Shown here: positions 8,767 to 18,885 of the stretch, piece after piece
Position numbering within the stretch: position 1 is the first letter of the stretch
Layout: each line of letters opens with the position of its first letter
Assembly: GCA_035312505.1 (NCBI GenBank)
Contig: DATGBT010000022.1
Coordinates: 1-38,269, forward strand
Length of the DNA: 38,269 bases
DNA from: Balneolaceae bacterium
GTDB taxonomy: Bacteria > Bacteroidota > Rhodothermia > Balneolales > Balneolaceae
Direction: 5' to 3'
Program-made: the position numbers and the translations under genes
Notes under the pieces: model-generated
Told to the model about the DNA's origin: nothing
Seen by the model: the letters and a program-made list of their open reading frames with translations, nothing else
The model's database searches: none

Positions 8767-10665
8767 TCAAGCTGAGGTCTTTTCAATTTCCATCATGAAT
8801 TCGGTCAGGTTTTCTTCGGTCTCCATCTTTAATTTTTTTCTGAGACGGTACCGGGCGGTTTTTACACTGTTCGGCGTAATTCCCATAATGGTCGCTGTCT
8901 CCTTAATGGAAAGGTTTAATTTGGCAAGGGCAGCCAGCCGGAGTTCGTTTGGGGTTAAGGCGGGATATTCGGTTTTCAGGGCATCAAAAAAGCCGGAATG
9001 AACCTCTTCGAAGTAGTGCTGAAATTCTTCCCAGTCTTCATCCAGGTTAAAACTGTAGTCTACTATATTCTCTAATTTTTGAAGCTCTTTTCCCAATCCT
9101 CCGTTGTTGTTTTGTTTAATCTCTCCGATGTTATCCTTCAACTCTTTCATAGTCTCATTTTTTTGAACCAGGTGAAGGCTATGATTGGTAAGCGCACGAT
9201 TTTTGTGCTCCAGGTCGCTCGTTAGTTGCTCTTCCTTCAGTCGTGTATTTTCCAGTTCAATACGGTTTTTTTTGATTCTTAATTTTTGCCGATTATAGAT
9301 CAAAAATGTAATTATAACGATCAGCATAAGTCCTGAGAGAAGAGCATTTTGGAACAGCTGATCTTGTTCTGCCTCTTTCCGTAGCAGTGCTATTTCTTGC
9401 TCTTTCTGTTTTGAATCAAATCGGGTTTGCATTTCGGCAACTTGCCGAGCCTGTTCCCGGTTGAAAACACTATCTTTTAACGCGCTTAGTCGCTCCTGAG
9501 CTGAAGTTGCTGCTTCATAATTTCCGGTTTGTTTATAAACATCGGTTAAGATGTGAAGGGATTCGATGCCCGGTTCGAATGCTTTTGCCGGCACAGACTC
9601 AGCCAAAGCTTTTTGTGCATGATTGCCAGCATCCTCGTAATTCTCCATTTCAAAATATGTTCGCGCTAATTGATTACGGGTATCAATCATTTGATATTTT
9701 GGTGCGCCGCTTTGCTGAGATCTGAGAGCCTTTAGCAGGTAACCCTCTGCTGACTGGAAATCATTGAGATTCGAATAGATTTCGGCCATATTTTTTTGAG
9801 CCCAAATAGTTAAAGACTCATTCCCCAGACTGGATGCCAATTTGAGCGCTTTTCTGTTGGCATTTAGTGCCAGCTTGTAGGACTCGGCACTGTTATACAT
9901 TGAGCTGATGTTGAGCAGAATTGTTGCCCTGGCATGGTGGCCGGGGAGATCCTCAGCCGCTTCCAGCGCCTGGTTCATGTATTCTAATCCTGCATCCAAG
10001 TCTCCTTGATCAGCATAGAGATTCCCGAGTTGGGTAGCCGTTATAGCAATTCTGCTCAAATCATTTTTCTCTAAGCTGATAGCTAGCGCCTGCTTATAGA
10101 AATCTGCACTTTCTTCTGTTTGTCTGAGCCGTTGATGGATAACACCAATGTTTAACAAAGTGTTGGAAATTCCCTCCCTATTATCAATTTTTTGTAGTAA
10201 TTCATATGCCTTATAATAGTAATTGAGGGAGTTCTGATAGTCGTTCTGGCGCCTGTAGAATGCGCCTAAGTTTTCTGTTGTCAAGGCAATTTTTCGAATT
10301 TCACCAAGCTTTTTATAGAGCATATTTGCTTCTAAAAGGTGTTCTAAACCGTCTACATGTTTTCCACGTATTGAGAGCAACCGGCCCAGTTTACGATGGC
10401 TTTCCGCGAGGAAACGCTCCTGCTCCCTTTCTTCAGATAATTCAAGGGCCTTACGAGTATATTGGATTGCAGAATTAAGATCAGACCGCTGTGTTTGATC
10501 ACTCAGTATATGGAGCAGTTCTATTTTTTGAAGCCCTTCAGACTGCTCCAGAAGCGATTTTAAACTATCGGTTTTTGAAGTAAACTGGGCGAATGGTGTT
10601 GTTGAGGCACAAAGTACAAGCACCAGTGAAGAAAAAGCTATGATATTGACCTCTCTCCAATACAT
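8767..10665 (-). CDS. Membrane-anchored TPR sensor with C-terminal LuxR-type HTH (one-component regulator)
   Basis: Signal peptide, multiple TPR repeats, TM helix (ALLSGLMLIVIITFLIY), coiled coil, and LTPNELRL...LSIKETATIMGITPNSVKTARYRLRKKL. Confidence 0.9.
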   Translation of the reverse strand: MYWREVNIIAFSSLVLVLCASTTPFAQFTSKTDSLKSLLEQSEGLQKIELLHILSDQTQRSDLNSAIQYTRKALELSEEREQERFLAESHRKLGRLLSIRGKHVDGLEHLLEANMLYKKLGEIRKIALTTENLGAFYRRQNDYQNSLNYYYKAYELLQKIDNREGISNTLLNIGVIHQRLRQTEESADFYKQALAISLEKNDLSRIAITATQLGNLYADQGDLDAGLEYMNQALEAAEDLPGHHARATILLNISSMYNSAESYKLALNANRKALKLASSLGNESLTIWAQKNMAEIYSNLNDFQSAEGYLLKALRSQQSGAPKYQMIDTRNQLARTYFEMENYEDAGNHAQKALAESVPAKAFEPGIESLHILTDVYKQTGNYEAATSAQERLSALKDSVFNREQARQVAEMQTRFDSKQKEQEIALLRKEAEQDQLFQNALLSGLMLIVIITFLIYNRQKLRIKKNRIELENTRLKEEQLTSDLEHKNRALTNHSLHLVQKNETMKELKDNIGEIKQNNNGGLGKELQKLENIVDYSFNLDEDWEEFQHYFEEVHSGFFDALKTEYPALTPNELRLAALAKLNLSIKETATIMGITPNSVKTARYRLRKKLKMETEENLTEFMMEIEKTSA

Positions 10666-10952
10666 AATGGCAGGTTTCTGAGTTCTTTGTTTGTAAAAAG
10701 AGAGGAATTTGAGTGAAAATCAAATCATCCTGTAAAAGACTCCCGAGGACCAAGATCAGTAAGGGTATCTGCATTACTTGCTGGGGCCTTCAGTTATGAT
10801 CCTATTCAAAATCCTGCTTCATAAAATCAGCCTATCTTATCATCTTTTCGTGGCTATATTTCTCCAGGCTTGTGCAAATTAAATCTCAAAGAATACACAG
10901 TTTTAACGTGTTGAATGATCATAAAAAAAACAGCACTTCTCCTTACTATTAT

Positions 10953-11167
10953 TGATGTGGTAAAAGACTGGCTTGATATTCGTGGATTGGATCCTGTTTA
11001 TGGTGCAAGGTCGTTAAAACGGGTCAACAAAACGCAGATTGTAAATCAGCTTATGCAGCGTGAGGATGATTCAAAAAACATGGAATTTGAAGCGACTGTA
11101 TCAGATGACGGTGAGAAAATAGAGTTTGCTGAAGTTTTTAATGATGTAAGTGAGTGGGCAGATTAAA
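10953..11167 (+). pseudogene. clpB: Truncated, decayed duplicate of the clpB 3' end (right copy of direct repeat)
   Basis: Translates to DVVKDWLDIRGLDPVYGARSLKRV...[11 protein letters not shown], matching the ClpB C-terminus. It has a 12-bp deletion and no 5' part. Confidence 0.93.
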
Positions 11168-11200
11168 GAAACCCACGAAAAAATTGCTAACCATAATTGA

Positions 11201-11244
11201 GCCCTGTTTCTCACGAGAAGCAGGGCATTTATTTAATCTTTTTT
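11201..11244 (+). terminator. Intrinsic terminator after the clpB remnant
   Basis: GCCCTGTTTCTC-ac-GAGAAGCAGGGC followed by a T-rich tract. Confidence 0.7.
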
Positions 11245-11625
11245 GGATAATTAGCATATTTAAAATCACCGATATTTTGAAGTTGGTCCGAGTGATATTT
11301 TCAGAAAAATTGAGAAGCGTGTTGATGAGTATAAGTTGTTAGGATAGGGCGGTGGGAGCCTGCGAAATTTATCAGTTAATCAGGAATTCTCTAACATCAT
11401 ATACAAATAAATACACTCGAATAAAATATTGATAATTAATAAGTTATGCTATAAAAGCGCTTCCAGAAAGTAGTTGTTATTAAGATCGAGAATAAATAAC
11501 ATTATTCTTGAATAATAATAGACGAAAAGGTTGAATATTAAAGGGTAATTTATATTTCGTTCATCTAAATTTCGTAATTATATTGGTATCTAAGTCAATG
11601 TAAATCAGGAACAAAAATATCGAAT

Positions 11626-13218
11626 ATGAAAAATTCACAACTCGATTTGACAGCACATGAAATAGAAGTAAAAAAAGTGTTGAGAAACCCGTCTCCGGCT
11701 AAATTTTACGAAGAAGCCATTAAACATGATCCCGGTTCAGCTATGAGCGACAATGGTGCATTGATCGTTCGTTCCGGTAAACGAACCGGACGTAGTCCGG
11801 CGGATAAGCGGGTGGTTAAAACGGATGATATTGAGAATGAAGTATGGTGGGGAGACATCAACATTGCTCTCGATGAACACACCTATGATATTAACCATAA
11901 ACGGGCTACCGACTACCTTAATACGCGCGATAAACTTTACGTGATTGACGGATTTGCCGGATGGGATTCCGAATATCGAATCAAGGTTCGGATTATTGCT
12001 GAACGGCCTTACCACGGATTGTTCATGCAGAATATGTTGATCCGGCCCACAAAAGAAGAGCTCGAGAATTTTGGAGAACCAGATTTTGTCGTGTATAACG
12101 CAGGCAAATTTCCTGCAAACCAGTTTACCGAAGGCATGACATCAGACGCCAGTGTGGATGTAAACTTCAAAAAACGGGAAATGGTCATTTTGGGTACCGA
12201 ATATGCGGGCGAAATGAAGAAGGGAATCTTTACCGTGATGCACTACCTGATGCCCAAAAAGAATGTGCTTTCCATGCACTGCTCAGCAAACGAAGGGGAT
12301 GATCCCAGCGATGTGGCTCTCTTCTTTGGACTCTCCGGCACAGGGAAAACAACGCTGTCGGCATCTCAGGACCGCAAACTGATTGGTGATGATGAGCACT
12401 GCTGGAGCGACAAAGGGGTATTTAACATCGAGGGCGGATGCTATGCCAAAACGATCGATCTTTCTGCTGAAAAAGAACCTGAAATTTTCGAAGCGATTAA
12501 ATTTGGAACGGTACTCGAGAATGTTGGATACGACAAAGATACTCGAAAGGTTGATTATACCGATGTATCCATCACGCAGAATACGCGTGCATCCTATCCT
12601 ATCGAATATATCTCAAACGCAAAAATTCCATGTGAAGCCGGTCACCCTAAAAACGTGATTTTCCTCACATACGACGCATTTGGCGTACTGCCACCGGTAA
12701 GTAAACTTACTCCGGAACAGGCTATGTACCATTTCATCAGCGGCTATACTGCGAAAGTAGCCGGTACTGAGGTGGGTGTTACCGAGCCTAAGGCAACATT
12801 TTCAGCTTGCTTTGGTGCGGCATTTCTTGTTTGGCCACCCGCCAAATATGCAGAAATGCTTGCCGAAAAAATGAAGAAACATAATGCAAAAGCCTGGCTG
12901 GTGAACACCGGTTTAACAGGCGGTGCTTATGGAACGGGAAGCCGTATTGATCTGAAGAGTACCCGTGCGATTATCAACGCGATCCATGCCGGCGAGCTTG
13001 ACGACGTTGAAACCGTAGGAGATGACGTGTTCGGAGTGCAAATTCCAACGAGCTGCCCCAATGTTGATTCCAACATCCTGGTACCCAAAAATACATGGGA
13101 TGACGACTCAGCTTACGAAGCACAAGCAAAGAAACTCGGAAAACTCTTTAACGAGAACTTCGAGAAGTATAAAAAAGAGAGCAGCGATGCGATTATTGGA
13201 GCAGGCCCTAAAGTGTAG
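11626..13218 (+). CDS. pckA: Phosphoenolpyruvate carboxykinase (ATP)
   Basis: [59 protein letters not shown]. Confidence 0.98.
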   Translation: MKNSQLDLTAHEIEVKKVLRNPSPAKFYEEAIKHDPGSAMSDNGALIVRSGKRTGRSPADKRVVKTDDIENEVWWGDINIALDEHTYDINHKRATDYLNTRDKLYVIDGFAGWDSEYRIKVRIIAERPYHGLFMQNMLIRPTKEELENFGEPDFVVYNAGKFPANQFTEGMTSDASVDVNFKKREMVILGTEYAGEMKKGIFTVMHYLMPKKNVLSMHCSANEGDDPSDVALFFGLSGTGKTTLSASQDRKLIGDDEHCWSDKGVFNIEGGCYAKTIDLSAEKEPEIFEAIKFGTVLENVGYDKDTRKVDYTDVSITQNTRASYPIEYISNAKIPCEAGHPKNVIFLTYDAFGVLPPVSKLTPEQAMYHFISGYTAKVAGTEVGVTEPKATFSACFGAAFLVWPPAKYAEMLAEKMKKHNAKAWLVNTGLTGGAYGTGSRIDLKSTRAIINAIHAGELDDVETVGDDVFGVQIPTSCPNVDSNILVPKNTWDDDSAYEAQAKKLGKLFNENFEKYKKESSDAIIGAGPKV

Positions 13219-13250
13219 CAGTCCTGCTTAGATAGGTAGTGTAATGAACA

Positions 13251-13281
13251 AAAGCCGGCCGGAACTTTTTCGGCCGGCTTT
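13251..13281. terminator. Bidirectional intrinsic terminator between pckA and the aminopeptidase
   Basis: AAAGCCGGCCG...CGGCCGGCTTT between convergent stop codons. Confidence 0.85.
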
Positions 13282-13283
13282 AT

Positions 13284-14384
13284 TTAATTCAACTCTTCAG
13301 GATTTAACCCTTTCAACTCTTCTTTTACAAATTCACGACCTTTTCGTATAAGCTCTCCGTCGAAATAGACATCGGCACCAATACACACCAGATCCCAATG
13401 AATATCACTTTCATTTCCGTTGGGGGCAATTTCATAGTCGTTTCCCAGTGTAAGATGGTTAGAGCCGGTAATTTTTTCATCAAACAGAATATCGTACATC
13501 GGTTCTGTGATCACTGGATTGAGCCCGAAACTGAATTCACCAAATCGTTTGGCTCCTTCATCAGTATCCAGAATCTCCTCGAGCGCTGTGTTGTTCGACG
13601 AATCGAAATCAACAACCACGCCCTCATTCACCGTTAGCTTTACGAACTCAAACGGTTTTCCCTGGTACACTGAAGGTGCATATGTAATGTGGCCGTTTAC
13701 GGAGTCGAGAACAGGGGAGGAGAAGAGCTCACCATCGGGAATATTGCGCTTGCCGAAACAGGGAATCCAGTTCTGGCCCTTTACCGAAAAAGAGATGTCG
13801 GTCCCCTGGCCCTTCAAATGAATCATGTCTGTTTTTCTTAGCAACTCTTCAAGTGGTTTCATCGCCTCTTCGAGCTTGTCGTAATCGAACAGACAGGCAT
13901 CGTAATAAAACTGTCTGAACCTCTCGGTTGGCATTTTGGCATTCATGGCAAAAGCGGCTGATGGATATCTCAGCACGGCCCACTTGGTGTTATTGACGCG
14001 CTCATTAAAATGGACAGGGTTTAAAAATTTCTGTGAATAGGCTTTATTCGCTTCTTTGGATACGTCTGAATTTTCATAAATATTCTCAGCCCCGCGAATG
14101 CCAATAAAGGCGTCCATCTTCTTCATAAGGGGAAGCTGATCGGTGTCGGACTGATTTTTCCAGAAGATGTCATCCCCGTGTTCGAGCAGAATGCGGTTGA
14201 TTTCGGGATCTTCAATTTTGATAAACGGATGTGCGTCCATGTTACGGGCTTCTTCTGCCAGTGCACGTATCAGCCCGATTCCGTTCAAACCTATGAGCTG
14301 TAGCATCACGTTTTCGCCTTTTTCCAGTTCTACGCTGTGTGTAAGTAGTTTTTTAGCAAGTTGTTTGTCTTCGGTTGTGTACAT
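13284..14384 (-). CDS. Aminopeptidase, M29 (AmpS/AmpT-like) family
   Basis: NIPDGELF, GEFSFG.N, ILFDEKI.GS.HLTLG..Y, N.S.IHWD. Confidence 0.92.
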   Translation of the reverse strand: MYTTEDKQLAKKLLTHSVELEKGENVMLQLIGLNGIGLIRALAEEARNMDAHPFIKIEDPEINRILLEHGDDIFWKNQSDTDQLPLMKKMDAFIGIRGAENIYENSDVSKEANKAYSQKFLNPVHFNERVNNTKWAVLRYPSAAFAMNAKMPTERFRQFYYDACLFDYDKLEEAMKPLEELLRKTDMIHLKGQGTDISFSVKGQNWIPCFGKRNIPDGELFSSPVLDSVNGHITYAPSVYQGKPFEFVKLTVNEGVVVDFDSSNNTALEEILDTDEGAKRFGEFSFGLNPVITEPMYDILFDEKITGSNHLTLGNDYEIAPNGNESDIHWDLVCIGADVYFDGELIRKGREFVKEELKGLNPEELN

Positions 14385-14399
14385 AATTCTGGAGTTATT

Positions 14400-15017
14400 C
14401 TAATTATTTAAATCAATAATGGAGTCGCAAAGGTCAAGTTCGTACGTCTGATTAGATGCCAGTATGAGTAATCTTTTTCGATTGCGAAATTCGTTGACCA
14501 AATCATTCACAACTACGCGTCCTTTTTCATCCAGGTTTGAGCCCGGCTCATCCAGGAACAGGATGTCGGGTTGATGAACTATAGCCGCAGCAATACGGGC
14601 TCTCTGCTGCTGTCCCGTGGAAAGAGAGCCGAAGAGAGAGTTTTTAAAAGGGTTTGCACCGGTTCTTTGAAGTACATCATCGATCTGGCCGCGGTCATTT
14701 TCGTTTCTCACATCAAACAAAAACGAGAGGTTTTCAGTAACGGTTAGCTCTTCATACAGACTGATATATGGGGCGGCATATCCCAGTCTTTTTTTGAGCT
14801 CTTCCTGGGTCATTTCATGCTCATTACCGTTCACCCAGGTAACCATACCTGAGGTAGGTTTCAGCAACCCTGCGATGCATTTCAAAAGAGTCGATTTTCC
14901 GGCTCCATTACGACCTGCTATACCAACAACCGACGACGCTGCTGCGAATGAGAGATCTTTAAAAACCGTGTGTTTTCCATAAGATTTTGATAATTGGTGT
15001 GCTTCAACCCTTGCCAT
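14400..15017 (-). CDS. ABC transporter ATP-binding protein (short, CcmA-like)
   Basis: Walker A GRNGAGKST, signature LSTGQQQR, Walker B ILFLDEP. No adjacent permease. Confidence 0.88.
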   Translation of the reverse strand: MARVEAHQLSKSYGKHTVFKDLSFAAASSVVGIAGRNGAGKSTLLKCIAGLLKPTSGMVTWVNGNEHEMTQEELKKRLGYAAPYISLYEELTVTENLSFLFDVRNENDRGQIDDVLQRTGANPFKNSLFGSLSTGQQQRARIAAAIVHQPDILFLDEPGSNLDEKGRVVVNDLVNEFRNRKRLLILASNQTYELDLCDSIIDLNN

Positions 15018-15149
15018 ACAAAAAAAATTGTCTCTAAATCAAAAAAAAGAGTAAATGTTGCGAACTCTGTTTTCTAAGATAATTGAAATCAATTAACTTA
15101 TTAATAGAAAACTTTTTACTAACTAAATAATATCATCTCAGGATTGTAA

Positions 15150-17267
15150 ATGATGGATTTTAATATTCGTGAACTTGCGGATTCGTTCTCAAAATTACTG
15201 CCCCATGATAAAGAAAAACTTAAACTGAGTGATATTGAATCTTCGGGAATTCCTTTTTTGGTTCGTAAACGAATCACTCAGATTGTCCGGGAAAAATTTG
15301 CTCATTCAATCGGACTGCCCGAGTCGAAATGGGCTGACCTCCACTCTTCCAAGGCGAATGCCATTTGGAATAGCTACCTGCAGCAAATGACGGATCTTCT
15401 TGAAATTCCTCAAGATAATGTAAATGAGGTGCTTCATGATGCAGTAGAGTTTTCACTTAAGCTTGCTGTGCAGCCCCGTAAAACAATAGTTAAGACGCTG
15501 TTTGAGGATAGAGATACTATATCGAAAGGTGATGTAGACATGATGATGGACCAGTTTGTTGCAAACAACCATCTAGCATTTGCACTGGGCCGCTATATGG
15601 AGAAAAAGAATAAAGACACACTTGGAATTGATGAAGCCAGGCAAGTGCTGAAAAAAGTGGATGAAAAACTCACGGAGTCTCATAACTCGCTGGACTGGAT
15701 GGAAGCTGTGAAGCCCATTTTTAACGTAGCCGGGCCGCTTGTTTCATCAGATTATATACGGGTCTTTTTTGAGGAGAAAGAGATGCCTCGTGTTGCCCGT
15801 AAATATGATATGATGGAGACCGAAATCAGCGAAACCGATTTTGTAGAAATAATGAGCTCAGCAGATCTGCTTGACCTAAGCGGATTTGAAGAAGATCAGC
15901 CCGCACTTTTTGCATCTGAGGATGAAGATATCATAGAAAATGAGCAGGTCGAAACCGATGAGGTTGACGAGCAAAGGAATGATGTCGAAGAGCAAACGGA
16001 CAGTTCATTGAGCGAAATTTCTATGGACCGGGACGAAGCAGAAGAAGATGAAGTGTTCCCTGAAGAATTGGATGATGAAACAGAGAGGGCCACTTTACAA
16101 CAGGAGCAGCAGGATCCGTATTTACTGGAGCTTTTCCGGGAGGACGATACGGCACATTCAGATGAGAATGATCCTGAAGTTCAAAATGACGGTGATAAGG
16201 ATGCAGAGGCAGTAGAACCTTCAGTAGAACTTGAAACAAAGAACGACAGTAAACCCTCCAATAAAGAAGTGGAGGCTATTGGTGATACTGAAGAGGAAGA
16301 GAGTGTTTCAATAGAAGAGCCGGAAGGGGATGCGACTGACCTAACTGATTTTGAAGAGGGTAAGCTTGAAGATAGCGAAGACATTTCGATGGATGAAGAC
16401 AGAAATGATCTGCAAGCAGAGATGCCCCGAGAGAAGGAGTTTAATTCTGATGAGGATGAGCCACTCGTGGAGTGGGAAGATGATGAGGAAGAAATTGAAG
16501 AGGGGTCCCTTCTGGATCAGTTTATGGATCCCGATGAAGAGCCCGATGAGGAGTTACAGGAAGAGAGTGAAACTAAGGTAACCTCAATTTACGATGAGCT
16601 GAACCTTTCACCTGTTGAAGAGGATGAAGCTGACGAAGAAACTGATCTGACAACAGATTTAGAACTGGATGATGAGCTGGATGAAATAGAATTTAAAGAT
16701 GAAATTCCGTTTGAACCGAATGATCGCTTAGAGGACGTACCCGGCGACCAAACAGATAGTAAAGAATCGTGGTATGAGGAGGGCCCGGATTTAGCTGAAG
16801 TTGATGATAAAGCTGAAGCTGAAGATGAAGATGAAGATGAAGATGTGCCGATGTGGAAATCCTTTTTGGAGCGCGAGAACCCCGATGATGAGCCTTCATT
16901 TTATTTTGATGAGGGCTCTGATGAGGATTTAGAAGAACAGCCCTCCTTCTATAGTGATGAGGATGAGATAAATGAAACGCCAATCATTAATATTTCGGAT
17001 GGGGCAACCGAAATTGATGATGAAATCGAACATCTTTCGAAGTGGCTTGCCCCGGATCGAGACCGTTTTCTCCACTCAATTTTTAATGACTCGAAACTGG
17101 CCTGGGAGCAGGCACTAATTGACCTTACAGTCTTTGATGAGTGGAAAAGCGCATCTAAGTACCTGGAAAATGAAATTTTTAACAAAAACCGAATCGACAT
17201 TTATAGTGAGGTTGCAGTAGATTTTACAGATTATCTGCACTCTTACTTTATGGAGTACAAATCTTAA
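15150..17267 (+). CDS. Hypothetical protein with helical N- and C-terminal domains and a long Asp/Glu-rich linker
   Basis: 705-aa ORF. Roughly residues 245-625 are dominated by D/E. Stop codon is 15 bp upstream of the next gene. Confidence 0.85.
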   Translation: MMDFNIRELADSFSKLLPHDKEKLKLSDIESSGIPFLVRKRITQIVREKFAHSIGLPESKWADLHSSKANAIWNSYLQQMTDLLEIPQDNVNEVLHDAVEFSLKLAVQPRKTIVKTLFEDRDTISKGDVDMMMDQFVANNHLAFALGRYMEKKNKDTLGIDEARQVLKKVDEKLTESHNSLDWMEAVKPIFNVAGPLVSSDYIRVFFEEKEMPRVARKYDMMETEISETDFVEIMSSADLLDLSGFEEDQPALFASEDEDIIENEQVETDEVDEQRNDVEEQTDSSLSEISMDRDEAEEDEVFPEELDDETERATLQQEQQDPYLLELFREDDTAHSDENDPEVQNDGDKDAEAVEPSVELETKNDSKPSNKEVEAIGDTEEEESVSIEEPEGDATDLTDFEEGKLEDSEDISMDEDRNDLQAEMPREKEFNSDEDEPLVEWEDDEEEIEEGSLLDQFMDPDEEPDEELQEESETKVTSIYDELNLSPVEEDEADEETDLTTDLELDDELDEIEFKDEIPFEPNDRLEDVPGDQTDSKESWYEEGPDLAEVDDKAEAEDEDEDEDVPMWKSFLERENPDDEPSFYFDEGSDEDLEEQPSFYSDEDEINETPIINISDGATEIDDEIEHLSKWLAPDRDRFLHSIFNDSKLAWEQALIDLTVFDEWKSASKYLENEIFNKNRIDIYSEVAVDFTDYLHSYFMEYKS

Positions 17268-17282
17268 CGATGAGAGATATAT

Positions 17283-18833
17283 ATGACTGAGAATAAAAAA
17301 GTAGAAAGGCTGCAAGAATTAAGAAAACAAGCATTGAAAGGTGGTGGTGAAAAACGAATAGCCCGCCAGCACGAAAAAGGGAAACTAACGGCAAGAGAAC
17401 GAATAGATCTCTTGGTTGACAAGGATAGTTTTGAAGAGATCGATGCTTTTGTAACTCACAGAAGTTCCGCTTTTGGGCTTGAGAATCAGAAAGTTAAGGG
17501 TGATGGCGTGGTTACCGGATTTGCAAAAATTGAAGGCCGCCCTGTTTATCTATTCAGCCAGGACTTTACCGTTTTTGGGGGGTCACTTTCTGAAACACAC
17601 GCAGAGAAGATATGTAAAATCATGGATATGGCTATGAAAAATGGTGTTCCTGTGATTGGCTTGAACGACTCGGGTGGTGCACGTATACAGGAAGGAGTAA
17701 GCTCACTTGGCGGTTACGCTGAAGTATTCTGGAGAAATTCCATGGCATCTGGTGTGGTACCCCAGATATCAGCCGTAATGGGTCCCTGTGCCGGAGGTGC
17801 GGTTTACAGCCCGGCGCTTACAGATTTTGTGTACATGGTTAAGAATACAAGCTATATGTTTGTAACCGGCCCTAATGTTGTAAAAACCGTTACCCATGAA
17901 GAAGTAAGCTCGGAAGAGTTGGGCGGTGCAACGGCACACGGCACGAAATCGGGCGTTGCTCATTTTGCCACAGAAAACGATGCCGACTGTCTTAAAAAAA
18001 TTCGCGCACTCATGACCTATATCCCACAAAATTGTGAGGAGAAGGTGCCTGCACAGCCATCCAGAGAGCCCGACAATGGCAAAGCAGCAAAATTGGACGA
18101 CCTCGTTCCCATGAATCCCAATAAGCCTTACGACATCAAAGATGCCATTGCGGGCGTTATGGATAAGGATTCGTTTTATGAGGTACACGAAAATTACGCT
18201 GATAACATTGTGGTAGGCTTTGCCCGTTTAGACGGCAGAACCGTTGGAATTGTGGCTAATCAGCCGCTCTCTTTGGCTGGTGTACTCGATATTGATGCAT
18301 CACTGAAGGGCGCACGATTTGTGCGGTTTTGCGACTCGTTTAATATCCCGCTTGTAGTTTTTGAAGATGTACCCGGATTCTTGCCGGGCACGGACCAGGA
18401 ATGGGGCGGAATTATTAAACATGGAGCCAAGCTCCTTTATGCTTTCTGTGAAGCAACCGTACCCAAAATGACGGTGATTACCCGAAAAGCGTATGGTGGA
18501 GCCTACGATGTGATGAACTCTAAACACATACGGGCCGATTACAACGTAGCCTGGCCAACTTCAGAAATTGCAGTGATGGGAACCAAAGGCGCCGTGGAAA
18601 TCATCTTCAGAAGAGAAATTACCGCAGCAGACGATCCCGAAGCGAAACAAAAAGAGCTCGAGGATGAGTATAACAAAGAGTTTGCCCATCCTTACAGAGC
18701 GGCCGCACGTGGATTTATTGATGATGTAATTCTTCCATCAGAAACCCGGAAAAAACTGATCCGAGCTTTTGAGCTCTGCGAAAATAAGGTAGACACAGTA
18801 CCGAAGAAGAAACACGATAACCTTCCACTGTAG
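17283..18833 (+). CDS. pccB: Acyl-CoA carboxylase carboxyltransferase (propionyl-CoA carboxylase beta chain / methylmalonyl-CoA decarboxylase alpha)
   Basis: [70 protein letters not shown]. Confidence 0.92.
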   Translation: MTENKKVERLQELRKQALKGGGEKRIARQHEKGKLTARERIDLLVDKDSFEEIDAFVTHRSSAFGLENQKVKGDGVVTGFAKIEGRPVYLFSQDFTVFGGSLSETHAEKICKIMDMAMKNGVPVIGLNDSGGARIQEGVSSLGGYAEVFWRNSMASGVVPQISAVMGPCAGGAVYSPALTDFVYMVKNTSYMFVTGPNVVKTVTHEEVSSEELGGATAHGTKSGVAHFATENDADCLKKIRALMTYIPQNCEEKVPAQPSREPDNGKAAKLDDLVPMNPNKPYDIKDAIAGVMDKDSFYEVHENYADNIVVGFARLDGRTVGIVANQPLSLAGVLDIDASLKGARFVRFCDSFNIPLVVFEDVPGFLPGTDQEWGGIIKHGAKLLYAFCEATVPKMTVITRKAYGGAYDVMNSKHIRADYNVAWPTSEIAVMGTKGAVEIIFRREITAADDPEAKQKELEDEYNKEFAHPYRAAARGFIDDVILPSETRKKLIRAFELCENKVDTVPKKKHDNLPL

Positions 18834-18847
18834 ACGTTTATAGCAGC

Positions 18848-18885
18848 CGTGGCATCGCACCGTTCTGGTGTGATGCCACGTTTTT
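18848..18885. terminator. Intrinsic terminator between convergent genes
   Basis: CGTGGCATCGCACC-gttct-GGTGTGATGCCACG followed by TTTTT. Confidence 0.85.

Larger units (their letters stand above)
3429..10952. mobile_element. Accessory cassette / genomic islet flanked by duplicated clpB 3' ends, no integrase visible
   Basis: Eight minus-strand accessory genes lie between two direct copies of the clpB 3' end, and core gene pckA resumes after the second copy. Confidence 0.7.

Noticed and set aside
10915-11166. 83-aa ORF as a genuine small gene
   Set aside because: It is the clpB 3' duplicate with a fortuitous upstream ATG. It carries a deletion and changes in conserved residues (GFDP to GLDP, ARPL to ARSL).
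14400-15017. ABC ATPase as ccmA of a cytochrome c maturation locus serving the di-haem protein
   Set aside because: No ccmB/ccmC neighbours, and the motifs are generic ABC motifs.
16821-16844. (GAAGAT)4 microsatellite as a phase-variation switch
   Set aside because: The 6-bp unit is in frame and simply encodes EDEDEDED in an acidic linker, so slippage would not switch expression.
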